64,000 bases of DNA from Bacteroidia bacterium (GTDB lineage: Bacteria; Bacteroidota; Bacteroidia; J057; JAIXKT01): the NCBI GenBank assembly GCA_026932145.1, contig JAIXKT010000009.1:14876-78875 (forward strand). Reading direction: 5' to 3'. Every line of letters starts with the position of its first letter. The stretch's first letter is position 1. The notes beneath the pieces are model-generated. The model saw only the letters and a list, made by a program, of their open reading frames with translations. It had not been told where the DNA came from and did not search any database. Positions 19,979-28,963 of this stretch are shown here, piece by piece. A program made the position numbers and the translations under genes.

Positions 19979-19981
19979 TTA

Positions 19982-20195
19982 GTACTGGATAGAACAAATT
20001 GGAAATTGGAAGAAAAAAACATCAACATTCTGATGTTGGGGGGTAAGCTATAAAAAACGTAGCTTTTCTATTGAGGTTCAAGATGTTAAACAAAAAACAA
20101 AATTCATACACTTCGGAGAGAATTGCTTTGATAAAAGATTTCACCGAATGCTTCAGCAAAGACTGCATAGTACTCCTGGCTTCATCAATAGGACA
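19982..20195 (+). pseudogene. IS4-family transposase fragment (copy A, part 2), truncated by the next IS
   Basis: Continues VLDRTNWKLEEKNINILMLG in frame once the IS5 element and one TTA are removed. After a frameshift it reads MLNKKQNSYTSERIALIKDFTECFSKDCIVLLA. Confidence 0.55.
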
Positions 20196-21454
20196 CCCAA
20201 AAGTTCAAAACAGTGCTAATAGCCATTTTTGTTCTTCTGTTTTATCAAGCAACATAAGTTTGTTTTCATTGGATTGCGGCAACCGGATAGTAAGTCCAAA
20301 GATTGTCTTTAAAATATCAATAGCTTTTTCAGGGCTTATTCCTGCCTTTTTGATGTTTAATTGACGTTCTAACTCTTTGTATAACTTGCAAGCAGCAAAA
20401 GCAATGCAAATATGTGCTTCTATCCTACGTTTTTTGTAATGATAAATTGGTCGCACTCTTAAATCTGTTTTAGTAATTCTGAAGGTTTTCTCTATTTGCC
20501 ATAGTTGGCGATAATATGCCATTACTGTTTCCTTATCAAGTTTGGTGTTGGTTAGATAACCTTTCAACCCATCCCATTTTGTATCGTCTTTAAATTTCTC
20601 CTCATCAATAACAATATTTACTTCTCCTTCCAACCGCAAGTATTTGTTGTAGCCTTTGTTATTGATATGCTTTTTTGTGAGCTTACCACTACTTAAAAGT
20701 TTTCTAAGCCGCTCCATTCCTTTTTTCCGGTTATAAGCATCCTTGTGAGCACGATTTTCTGAATAATGAAGAACAATTCTGAGTGCTTCGTCTTTCTTGA
20801 TTTCTATGCTTTGATCATCTGCCAATTGAAAAGACAGCAATTGTTTTTGCATCTCTTCTGATTCATTTTTGATTCTTGCTCCTATAATAAAATCATAGCT
20901 GTGGTTTAATAAAGCTGTAATATTCTTATTGGACATCAAGCCGGAATCTGCAACCACAATCATCTGCTGCATTTTATATTTCTCTTTAAAGGCTTCAATA
21001 ACAGGAAGCATGGTATGCCCTTCAAATTTATTACCTTCAAAGATTTCATAATCTAATGGATAGCCATTTTCGCTCACTAATAACCCCAACACTATTTGTG
21101 GCTGGTTGTGTTTACCATCTTTACTAAATCCTGTTTTACGAAAATCATCCTCATCTGCTGCTTCAAAGTAAAGCGTGGTTACATCATAAAATGCTACTGT
21201 TATTTTTCCCCCTAATAGGTTTATGGTATGATCAAAATTGATTTGCTGTATTTGCTTCATCTGCTTGCTATGCATCTTATCCAAGTAGCGATAAATATCA
21301 TTGACGTGAAGCGTAATGCCTTTATATTTTTGAAGATAATCAATCGTTTTTAGTTTATACGATAGTGAAAAATAAACAAGACCAATATTTTGCATATTGG
21401 GTTTTTTATTTTATTTTTGGTCTTTAATATAAATCATTATGTCATTTGCATTAT
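20196..21454 (-). mobile_element. IS1634-like (IS4 superfamily) element. Boundaries are approximate and its 5' end may be truncated.
   Basis: It contains the 396 aa transposase ORF. No clear terminal repeats were identified by eye. Confidence 0.4.
20205..21395 (-). CDS. IS1634-family DDE transposase, possibly truncated at the N-terminus
   Basis: YDVTTLYFEAADEDDFRKTGFSKDGKHNQPQIVLGLLVSENGYPL, VVADSGLMS, YRQLWQIEKTFRITKTDLRVRPIYH. Confidence 0.7.
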   Translation of the reverse strand: MQNIGLVYFSLSYKLKTIDYLQKYKGITLHVNDIYRYLDKMHSKQMKQIQQINFDHTINLLGGKITVAFYDVTTLYFEAADEDDFRKTGFSKDGKHNQPQIVLGLLVSENGYPLDYEIFEGNKFEGHTMLPVIEAFKEKYKMQQMIVVADSGLMSNKNITALLNHSYDFIIGARIKNESEEMQKQLLSFQLADDQSIEIKKDEALRIVLHYSENRAHKDAYNRKKGMERLRKLLSSGKLTKKHINNKGYNKYLRLEGEVNIVIDEEKFKDDTKWDGLKGYLTNTKLDKETVMAYYRQLWQIEKTFRITKTDLRVRPIYHYKKRRIEAHICIAFAACKLYKELERQLNIKKAGISPEKAIDILKTIFGLTIRLPQSNENKLMLLDKTEEQKWLLALF

Positions 21455-21554
21455 GAGCGTGTTGCATAACCTCTAAATTTTAAAAAAGCCCAAATTTTCT
21501 CCCGTTCAAAATAAATTTTGATTTTTTGGGGAGTTTATAGGGAGTTTTTTTACA
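21455..21554 (+). repeat. Left long terminal inverted repeat
   Basis: gagcgtgttgcataacctctaaatttt...ggggagtttatagggagtttttttaca. It matches the reverse complement of 23101-23201 with 4 substitutions and 1 indel by eye. Confidence 0.85.
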
Positions 21555-21565
21555 TTTTACGTCTT

Positions 21566-22776
21566 TTTTTGTGGGTGTGGGGTTTCATTTTTTATGTTTT
21601 TGCCCCTTTTTCGCCTCATTTTTACCAATTGGGCGTATTTTGGGCCTACAGGCTTAAAATAGCTGCATTTGAGGTGGTGCCGTTTTTGGTGTTAACATAT
21701 TGTTTACTAATAGCTTAGGTAACCTATACAGGTTGTATGCAATTGCTTCCAGGGCGTGCTGGGCGTGGGTTTTGGCGATGCCCACATAGCGGGCGGTGCC
21801 GCCGCCGAACCAGCTTTTGGTGCCGGCAAAGGTGCGCTCTATTTTGTAGCGGTGTTTGCCGCAGAGTTGGTTGAATTTGAGTTGTAATTTTGTTAAGGGT
21901 TTGTTTTTCACTGCTTTATAACACACTCTATCTTTAAGTCCCTTCGCTTTGAGGTAGGTGGTATGGGCTTTGGATTTGTAGGCTTTGTCGGCATAGATGG
22001 CGACTTTTGGGGGAACTTGTGCCTTGGTTATCAATGTGTTAAAGTGGTTATGGTCATGGACGTTGGCGGGTGTGGTCTCCAGGGCAAGGACCAATCCGTT
22101 GCCGTCGGTAATAACGTGTTTTTTGTAGCCAAAGCGGGTTTCTTTGCCTTTTTTGAGCCAGCGGGCTTCGTCGTCCACGCCAGGTTGATTTACTTTAACA
22201 AGCTTTAATTCAGCCGTTTGTGTTTGTATAGCTTCTTCCGTTTGTTCGTTTTCTTTTCTGTCTTCGGCAATTTCGTAGGTGGGTTTTCCGGTGGGTTTGC
22301 GGGGGCTGTCGGTAATGGAGGCATCTATTATGCAGCCGGATTTTACCGTAATAGCATGTTTATCAAGCTGTTGGTTAAGTTCTTGCAACAGCAAGTCGTA
22401 GGCATTGCTTCCTGCCAGTTCGTTGCGGAAGCGGCACAGGGTGCTGTGGTCGGGTACTTCGTCTTCAAGACTCAGCCCAACGAAGGTCATCCAGCTTAAA
22501 TCGGTGTTGGTCCTGTCTTCTATGTCTCTGTCGCTCAGGCTTTTATACCAAACGCCGAGCAGTAGCATTTTGAAAAGAATAATGGGGTTGTAGGCGGGTC
22601 TGCCGTCCGGTCTAAGCCCTTTTGGGTAGTGTTTTTGAAGTATTTTTACGATTGATTCCCAATCAATTACCTCATTTATTTGCTTTAGAAACGCGTTTTT
22701 AGAACTGCGTTTAGAAACGTAGGGCTGGCTAAAACTCATCTGTATTTGGGCGTGCTTTATCACACCACAAAAATAA
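21566..22776 (-). mobile_element. IS5-group insertion sequence (~1.2 kb) nested inside the TIR element. Ends are approximate.
   Basis: Imperfect ~13 bp inverted repeats, tttttgtgggtgtg (about 21566-21579) and the reverse complement of cacaccacaaaaa (22761-22773). Visibly more GC-rich than the surrounding DNA. Confidence 0.55.
21654..22763 (-). CDS. IS5-family (IS5 group) DDE transposase
   Basis: PAYNPIILFKMLLLGVWYKSLSDRDIE, HSTLCRFRNEL, IIDASI, ADKAYKS, KIERTFAGTKSWFG. The ORF-track start is GTG; the ATG at 22739 (MSFSQPY) is an alternative. Confidence 0.8.
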   Translation of the reverse strand: MIKHAQIQMSFSQPYVSKRSSKNAFLKQINEVIDWESIVKILQKHYPKGLRPDGRPAYNPIILFKMLLLGVWYKSLSDRDIEDRTNTDLSWMTFVGLSLEDEVPDHSTLCRFRNELAGSNAYDLLLQELNQQLDKHAITVKSGCIIDASITDSPRKPTGKPTYEIAEDRKENEQTEEAIQTQTAELKLVKVNQPGVDDEARWLKKGKETRFGYKKHVITDGNGLVLALETTPANVHDHNHFNTLITKAQVPPKVAIYADKAYKSKAHTTYLKAKGLKDRVCYKAVKNKPLTKLQLKFNQLCGKHRYKIERTFAGTKSWFGGGTARYVGIAKTHAQHALEAIAYNLYRLPKLLVNNMLTPKTAPPQMQLF

Positions 22777-22831
22777 TAAATTAGTTAATTAATTCAAAAT
22801 CAAATAGTTAAATATTTTTATTCTTTTTGTC

Positions 22832-23080
22832 GTGCAACAGGCTCAACTAATCATTCCAAAAAATATCTTCCTATTATTTCTACCTCCTTACAGCCCAGAG
22901 TTAAACCCTGCTGAAAAGATATGGCAACATATCAAAAGAAAGTTTACCAATAAACATTTCGAAAATTTAGAACAAATCAGCACATTCTTTGACCAAGCAA
23001 TAAAGAACCTAAGCCCTCAAATGGTAATGTCTATATGCACATTCAAATATATGAATATAGATACATTTTGGTCTAATTAA
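22832..23080 (+). pseudogene. IS630-family transposase, C-terminal fragment only
   Basis: LFLPPYSPELNPAEKIWQHIKRKF is the classic IS630/Tc1 motif around the third catalytic acidic residue. There is no upstream coding part. Confidence 0.7.
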
Positions 23081-23100
23081 AATATCATTATCGTATAAAT

Positions 23101-23201
23101 TGTAAAAAAAACTCCCCATAAACTCCCCAAAAAATCAAAATTTATTTTGAACGGGAGAAAATTTGGGGTTTTTAAAAATTTAGAGGTTGTGCAACACGCT
23201 C
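23101..23201 (-). repeat. Right long terminal inverted repeat
   Basis: Reverse complement of 21455-21554, about 95% identical by eye. Confidence 0.85.
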
Positions 23202-23900
23202 TACTTGTTTATCAGCTCGCTATGTAAAGTTCGGACTGTTAATTTTGCTAAACTCTCCGCCGGATTTTTCTCCTAAGATTGCCTCTTCAAGTAATTACAG
23301 GCGTATTCAACGATTCATCGCCAAGGCAGAATTACCAATATAATGGATTTCTTAACTCATTTCCAAACTCTAACCTCAAAAAGCAGTCGCCTTGGGGTTA
23401 GATTGAACAAATTGGAAGTTGGGAGAAGTAAGGCATTGCCATAGAATCCTGAAAATACAAAGAGAATCTTGTTATTTATTGGGGATAAAAGCCATAAATG
23501 GCGGAAAATTAGAGTATTGCATTATAGCTTCGTTCTATAAACCCGAAGAATTTATGGAGAAATACAAGCAAAGATAGCAGGTTGAAACCCTTTTTCGCGG
23601 TCTGAAATCAAGTGATTTTAATTTAGAAGATACCTACGTTACCCGCTTGGAGAGATTAGAAAAACTGATTCTGTTGGTTATGGTTGCTTTTGTTTGGGGC
23701 TATAAAGTTTCCGGTTTTATAGCCCCAAAAATCAAACCTATAAAAATCAAAAAACATGGCCATAAAGCTATATCAGTCTTTCGATATGGACTCGAGTACT
23801 TATCAAGAATACTTATCTCAAAATATAACAACCTAAATATCAACTATTTAAAATTTTTGTCACTTACGGTAAATGATAATAGTCCTAATGCTATTATATC
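23201..23900 (+). pseudogene. IS4-family element copy B: internally deleted and decayed
   Basis: The 5' ~220 bp are homologous to 18893-19091 plus 19982-20040, with in-frame stops. The 3' part reads YKQR*QVETLFRGLKSSDFNLEDTYVTRLERLEKL...KKHGHKAISVFRYGLEYL, with a TAG at 23575-23577. Confidence 0.65.
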
Positions 23901-24013
23901 TAAAGTTAAAAATCTAATTTTGTCCAGCGTTTTGTTGAGCGACATTCGTTTTAAAGGGAGTCTTTGCGCAGCAAAATACGAAGGACAAAACTACGCTGCA
24001 GGCGTAATGTCGC

Positions 24014-26665
24014 TCAACTAATTGACTTACGTAGTACCGCTAATTTTTCAAGGGTATCTTGCTTTTTCTGTATTTCACGCTCAATGACTTCCGGTTTGGC
24101 ATTTGCTAAAAACTTTTCATTAGATAGCTTGCTTTCAATACTTTGTAAGAAGTTTTCTAAATGTTTTATTTCTGCATCATTTTTTTCTTTAGCAGCCTGT
24201 TCGTTTTCGGTTGTATTTTGGATAGGGATAAAAACTTCATTTGCTTGCAAAATAATTGGTCGAATATTTTCTAATGAGTTTTCTATCAATTTAATAGACT
24301 CAATGTGAGCCAATTTTTGGGCAAGACTTCCGTATTGTGCAAATATTTCTGACTGGCTTGTTTTGATTAAAACCGGCAAAACCTGCTTTTGTGCCAAATT
24401 ATGGGTTACTCTAAATTGCCGAATTGCTGATATAAGTTCTTGGGTGAGATTTATAGCGGCAAAAAGTCTTTCGTGGTCATCGTGAAGAATAGGTTGCGGT
24501 ACGCTGCTTATCATGATACTTTGGCCTTTTTGGCGAGGCTTTATTTCTTGCCAAATTTCTTCGGTTATGAAAGGCATAAATGGATGCAATAATCTCAAAA
24601 TGGCATCAAATGCTTCTAAAACAGCTTGATGCGTTTTGGGGTGAATTGGCTGCCCAAAGGCAGGTTTTACGAACTCCAAAAACCACGCACAGAAGTCATT
24701 CCAGATTAAACGATAGAGTGTCATCAGGGCATCCGAAATCCTAAACTTACCAAATTGTTGCGAAAGTTCATCGGCTGCATACGCTATTTTTTGTTGAATC
24801 CATTGAATAGCAATGGATTCGTGAAGTAACTGAAGTGCGTTATCTTGTGGATTCCAAGAGGCAATGAGCCGATAAGCATTCCAGAGTTTATTAGCAAAGT
24901 TTCTTCCTTGCTCACATAGGCTTTCATCAAAAAGCAAGTCGTTTCCTGCTGGAGAGCAAAGTAGCATCCCAACTCTAACGCCATCAGCGCTATATTGGGT
25001 AATCAACTCTAAGGGGTCTGGAGAATTCCCCAATTGTTTGCTCATTTTCCGGCCGATTTTGTCTCGCACTATTCCGGTGAGATATACATTTTCAAAGGGT
25101 GGTTTGTGTGTGTATTCTATTCCGGCCATAATCATTCGTGCAACCCAAAAAAACAGTATCTCCGGCGCAGTAACCAAATCTTGAGTTGGATAATAATATT
25201 GGAAGTCAGGATTTTGTGGGTTTTCAAAGCCATCGAATACCGAAATTGGCCAGAGCCATGAAGAAAACCATGTGTCTAAAACATCTGGATCTTGGGTAAT
25301 ATCCTGCTCTGTATATTCCGGCAAATGTTCTTTTTGTCGTTGGATATTAGCTTGCGTTAATGCCTCTTTGGGCGTTTTAGCTACGATATAGCTATTATCC
25401 GGTAAATAGAAAACGGGAATCCGGTGCCCCCACCAAAGTTGCCGCGAAATGCACCAGTCTTTGACATTTTCCATCCAGTGCTGATAGGTATTTATAAATT
25501 TTTCAGGGATAAACTTAACTGTTTCTTGTAAAGCTACTTGCAAAGCCGGTGTAGCCAAATTTTGCATTTTCAAAAACCATTGTAAACTTAAACGTGGCTC
25601 CACAACGGCATTGGTTCGCTCTGAAAAACCAACTGAATGTTCAATTTCTTGAATTTTTTCCAGCAGATTATGCTCTTGTAAACTATCTACGATAAGTTCG
25701 CGAGCCTCAAAACGGTCTTTTCCAACAAAAAGTTGGGCTGATTCATTAAGGGTTCCATCTGGATTCAGTATATCAATTACTTTTAATTGATGTTTTAGGC
25801 CAATTTCATAGTCATTAATATCGTGGGCAGGGGTAACTTTCAAACATCCGGTACCAAATTCAGGGTCAATGTAAGTATCTTGGATAATGGGAATTCTTCG
25901 GTTAATGAGCGGGACAAAGGCATATTTTCCCGCAAGATGCTGATAACGTTCATCTTGCGGATGAACGGCTATTGCTACGTCTCCTAAAATTGTTTCTGGA
26001 CGAGTAGTGGCCACGGTGATGTATTTTCCTTGAGAATCTTCCAAAGCATACCGGACAAAGTAGAGTTTTCCCTGCACTTCTCTGTAGATTACCTCTTCAT
26101 TTGAAAGTGCAGTAAGTCCCTGCGGATCCCAATTTATCATACGCAACCCTCTGTATATCAATCCTTTTTTATATAAATCAATAAAAACATCAGTAACGGC
26201 ATCTGATAATTTAGGTTCCATGGTAAAGCGGGTTCTATCCCAGTCGCAGCTACAGCCTAAATAACGGAGTTGTTTTAAAATTATGCCTCCGTATTTTTCT
26301 TTCCATTCCCAAGCGTGTTTTAAAAATCCTTCTCGAGTAATCTCATTTTTATGGATTCCTTTTTCTCGTAATAGATTTACGACTTTGGCTTCGGTAGCAA
26401 TTGAGGCGTGGTCTGTGCCGGGTACCCAGCAGGCATTGAAGCCTTCCATCCGCTTTCTGCGAATCAATACATCTTGAATGGTATTATTGAGCATATGCCC
26501 CATGTGCAGCACACCGGTTACGTTTGGAGGCGGAATTACAATCGTATAAGGCTTCCGGCTATCCGGAATAGACTTAAAAAACTTTTGTTCTAACCAATAT
26601 AGATACCATTTATTTTCAACCTCTTGAGGTTGGTATGTTTTGGACACAAGGTTTTCTGTACTCAT
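24014..26665 (-). CDS. valS: Valine--tRNA ligase
   Basis: HIGH-type motif PNVTGVLHMGH, KMSKS-type motif GRKMSKQLGN, and a C-terminal coiled coil. The ATG at 26665 (MSTENLV) is preferred over the ORF-track start at 26698. Confidence 0.92.
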   Translation of the reverse strand: MSTENLVSKTYQPQEVENKWYLYWLEQKFFKSIPDSRKPYTIVIPPPNVTGVLHMGHMLNNTIQDVLIRRKRMEGFNACWVPGTDHASIATEAKVVNLLREKGIHKNEITREGFLKHAWEWKEKYGGIILKQLRYLGCSCDWDRTRFTMEPKLSDAVTDVFIDLYKKGLIYRGLRMINWDPQGLTALSNEEVIYREVQGKLYFVRYALEDSQGKYITVATTRPETILGDVAIAVHPQDERYQHLAGKYAFVPLINRRIPIIQDTYIDPEFGTGCLKVTPAHDINDYEIGLKHQLKVIDILNPDGTLNESAQLFVGKDRFEARELIVDSLQEHNLLEKIQEIEHSVGFSERTNAVVEPRLSLQWFLKMQNLATPALQVALQETVKFIPEKFINTYQHWMENVKDWCISRQLWWGHRIPVFYLPDNSYIVAKTPKEALTQANIQRQKEHLPEYTEQDITQDPDVLDTWFSSWLWPISVFDGFENPQNPDFQYYYPTQDLVTAPEILFFWVARMIMAGIEYTHKPPFENVYLTGIVRDKIGRKMSKQLGNSPDPLELITQYSADGVRVGMLLCSPAGNDLLFDESLCEQGRNFANKLWNAYRLIASWNPQDNALQLLHESIAIQWIQQKIAYAADELSQQFGKFRISDALMTLYRLIWNDFCAWFLEFVKPAFGQPIHPKTHQAVLEAFDAILRLLHPFMPFITEEIWQEIKPRQKGQSIMISSVPQPILHDDHERLFAAINLTQELISAIRQFRVTHNLAQKQVLPVLIKTSQSEIFAQYGSLAQKLAHIESIKLIENSLENIRPIILQANEVFIPIQNTTENEQAAKEKNDAEIKHLENFLQSIESKLSNEKFLANAKPEVIEREIQKKQDTLEKLAVLRKSIS

Positions 26666-26867
26666 AATATAATTGGCTGCGAAGTTACAAAAACACAATG
26701 CCCGCGAGATGTGGTTTTTTCTATTAAAGTTGGGAGTAGGTAAGTATTATCTTTACTTCAACGATAATACGCTTGTCTCCTCTCAAATAACACAATCAAA
26801 TGTTTTCATGAATAACTAATTATTTCAGTTTAGATACAGAAATAGCTTATTTATCATTCTATTTTTA

Positions 26868-27902
26868 TCAGTATTTTCCCAGAAAACGCCGCCTTACGGA
26901 CGTTAAGATACTTGACATTCTATTTAGGTTTAGAATAAAGGCAAGCCCAAATCGAAACGGAAATGAGCAATAATAAAAAAACAGGAGAATACTATTAACC
27001 TTAACGTTAGCATCAGGATATTGATACAAAGCTCTTTGTGCTCTTGTAATATTATCACAGATTTTGATTTCAGTATCTGTAATTCCGCCTTTTTTCCAGT
27101 TTCCAACATTTTTGGTGATGCCTACTTTTTGGGTGCTATCAGAGCTGGTTGATGATCCAACCTTAGAGATATTCAGCATATCTTGCTGAAAGTCTATTTT
27201 TAACCAATTGCATAAATCTCTTACAACTTCCTCGGGGTTATTTGTAATATCCTCAAAACGAACTGTTTTTACTCTTGGGTTATCTTTTAGTTTGTAGCCA
27301 GCGGTAATTGCATTTTTCCAAAGTTGTGCAATAGCTATTGGATGATAGTTTGCCCATGCTCGTAAGGTTTCAAAAAATGGGATGGCGCGTCCCTCGCCAT
27401 TTCCGCCTAATGAGGCTCTTTTCCACTTGTTTTTTTGTGATAGCAAAATATCTCTGGGGTCTCGTACCATCTGAATGAGCATAGCTTCTGGGTATAAAGA
27501 CAGGATTTCTTCTGCATAAAATATATTTAGTGGGGTTTGCTCGCAAGGAATTATTTTTCCTCTCCGGTTTGTCTCATATTCCAAAAAACATTCAAATACT
27601 CTTTCTGGGCGTAATTCTTCATTTGATAATTTAGAAATAATCTGGGTGGCTTCTACTTCAAATTTTGATAACGGGCTTTCGGAGAACAAATCTTCGCGTT
27701 GAATTCGTAATAATTTTTGAACCACCTGAATCGCCCAAGACCGTTCACAGGTTTCATTCGGCTTTGGAATCCAAAGTCGTTCAAAGAAATGAAGTTCATC
27801 AAAAGAAAAAATCTGTGAATGTCTTCCCATCACAAAACCTAACATGGTAGTGCCGCTACGGCCATTTCCTACAATAAAAATTTTAGTATTTTGTTGGTTC
27901 AT
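26868..27902 (-). CDS. Sulfotransferase family protein with a hydrophobic C-terminal tail
   Basis: PAPS 5'-phosphosulfate-binding loop IVGNGRSGTTMLG, an RDPRD region, and a C-terminal ILLFFYYCSFPFRFGLAFILNL segment. Confidence 0.65.
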   Translation of the reverse strand: MNQQNTKIFIVGNGRSGTTMLGFVMGRHSQIFSFDELHFFERLWIPKPNETCERSWAIQVVQKLLRIQREDLFSESPLSKFEVEATQIISKLSNEELRPERVFECFLEYETNRRGKIIPCEQTPLNIFYAEEILSLYPEAMLIQMVRDPRDILLSQKNKWKRASLGGNGEGRAIPFFETLRAWANYHPIAIAQLWKNAITAGYKLKDNPRVKTVRFEDITNNPEEVVRDLCNWLKIDFQQDMLNISKVGSSTSSDSTQKVGITKNVGNWKKGGITDTEIKICDNITRAQRALYQYPDANVKVNSILLFFYYCSFPFRFGLAFILNLNRMSSILTSVRRRFLGKY

Positions 27903-27932
27903 TTATGTTTCTTAAATATAAAAAATAATCCG

Positions 27933-28694
27933 TTAAATTTCTATTACTAATCCATCATGGCCAAGAGCTACATTTGGGGGTAGTTCTTGGCTAACTTCGG
28001 CATAAGTTCCCATCAAATGGCTGATATGCGTAAACCATGTTTTTTTCGGTTTTAAAATAGAAACTAACTCCAAAGCCTGCTCTAAGTTGAAATGAGAAAT
28101 ATGTGGTTCTTTTCGTAAAGCATTAAGTATCAAGACATCTAAATTCTGTAACTTTTCTATTGATGATTCAGGAATTAAGCTGGCATCTGTAATATAGGCA
28201 AAGTTTTCTATCCTAAAACCTTTTATTGGAAGTTTATGATGAAATATAGGGATAGGTTGCCATATAGTTCCGAATAATTCAAATGGCTGTTCATCAATTA
28301 TTTGTAATGAAACCTGTGGTATTCCGGGATACGGATAACCATTGAAAATGTAGGGAAATTCCTGTTTGAGTTGGTTAGCTGTTATTGTATCTGAAAAAAC
28401 AGGAATATTAGATTGCTGCTTATAGTTAAATGGTCTAATGTCGTCTAATCCGGCGATGTGGTCTTTATGTAGATGCGTGAGCACTACGGCATCTAATTGT
28501 TTTGCACCTATTCGCAGCATTTGTTGGCGAAAATCCGGTCCGGTATCTATCACTATGTAATTTCCGTTTATTTCTAACAAAACGGAAGAACGAAGCCTCT
28601 TATCCCGTAAATCATCAGACATACAAACCGGACAATCACAGGTAATCATGGGAACTCCGCCGGAAGTACCTGTGCCTAATAATATTACTTTCAA
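27933..28694 (-). CDS. MBL-fold metallo-hydrolase (PhnP-like)
   Basis: LTHLHKDHIAGLDD (HxHxDH motif). N-terminal Cys cluster CDCPVC. Confidence 0.75.
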   Translation of the reverse strand: MKVILLGTGTSGGVPMITCDCPVCMSDDLRDKRLRSSVLLEINGNYIVIDTGPDFRQQMLRIGAKQLDAVVLTHLHKDHIAGLDDIRPFNYKQQSNIPVFSDTITANQLKQEFPYIFNGYPYPGIPQVSLQIIDEQPFELFGTIWQPIPIFHHKLPIKGFRIENFAYITDASLIPESSIEKLQNLDVLILNALRKEPHISHFNLEQALELVSILKPKKTWFTHISHLMGTYAEVSQELPPNVALGHDGLVIEI

Positions 28695-28963
28695 AGTTTT
28701 AACTCTAACTGTTTTATTTGATGTAATAGTTTTTCTTGCTCTGGATTTAGGGTGCTTGGGTCAATATCTATTTGCCTCAAAACCTCAATAAGAATATTTA
28801 TCCTGCTTTCAATTGGATAAAATTTATTGATAACGATGATTTTTTGCTCATCTAAGATACAATATCCACCCTTAAAGGTACCTTTTTCGTATCTTATGGA
28901 TAGTCCGTTTTGGGTTAAAATTTCGGTTAGTTTTTCGGACAGGTTTTTGGTTATTCGGATCAT
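28691..28963 (-). CDS. Hypothetical 90 aa protein, translationally coupled on both sides
   Basis: 4 nt overlaps with the upstream PPIase stop (28960-28963) and the downstream MBL start (28691-28694). No family recognised. Confidence 0.5.
   Translation of the reverse strand: MIRITKNLSEKLTEILTQNGLSIRYEKGTFKGGYCILDEQKIIVINKFYPIESRINILIEVLRQIDIDPSTLNPEQEKLLHQIKQLELKL

Larger units (their letters stand above)
21455..23201. mobile_element. TIR-bounded non-autonomous element (an IS630/Tc1-mariner-like deletion derivative) carrying a nested IS5-group element
   Basis: About 100 bp terminal inverted repeats at 21455-21554 and 23101-23201. The only IS630-type coding remnant is a C-terminal fragment at 22832-23080. 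Confidence 0.6.

Noticed and set aside
20071-20364. A 97 aa plus-strand ORF.
   Set aside because: It is a chimera. Its first part is the IS4-family fragment (SERIALIKDFTECFSKDCIVLLA). The rest is read-through antisense to the IS1634-like transposase gene.
22832-22844. A 13 nt match (gtgcaacaggctc) to the outer terminus of the long TIR (gtgcaacacgctc at 23189-23201), considered as an internal transposase-binding site or a third end.
   Set aside because: It is a single short match with one mismatch. My rough estimate is that a chance match of this kind somewhere in 64 kb is not negligible (order 0.1). A genome-wide comparison of element copies is needed before anything is claimed.
17017-24013. 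A tRNA-Asn gene a few kb from the IS cluster, considered as a tRNA-targeted genomic island.
   Set aside because: The core gene glpK and a terminator lie between the tRNA and the IS region. There is no integrase and no direct repeat of the tRNA 3' end.
23964-24308. A 114 aa plus-strand ORF overlapping the 3' end of valS.
   Set aside because: It lies antisense to the strongly supported valS coiled-coil region, has low-complexity composition, and matches no family.
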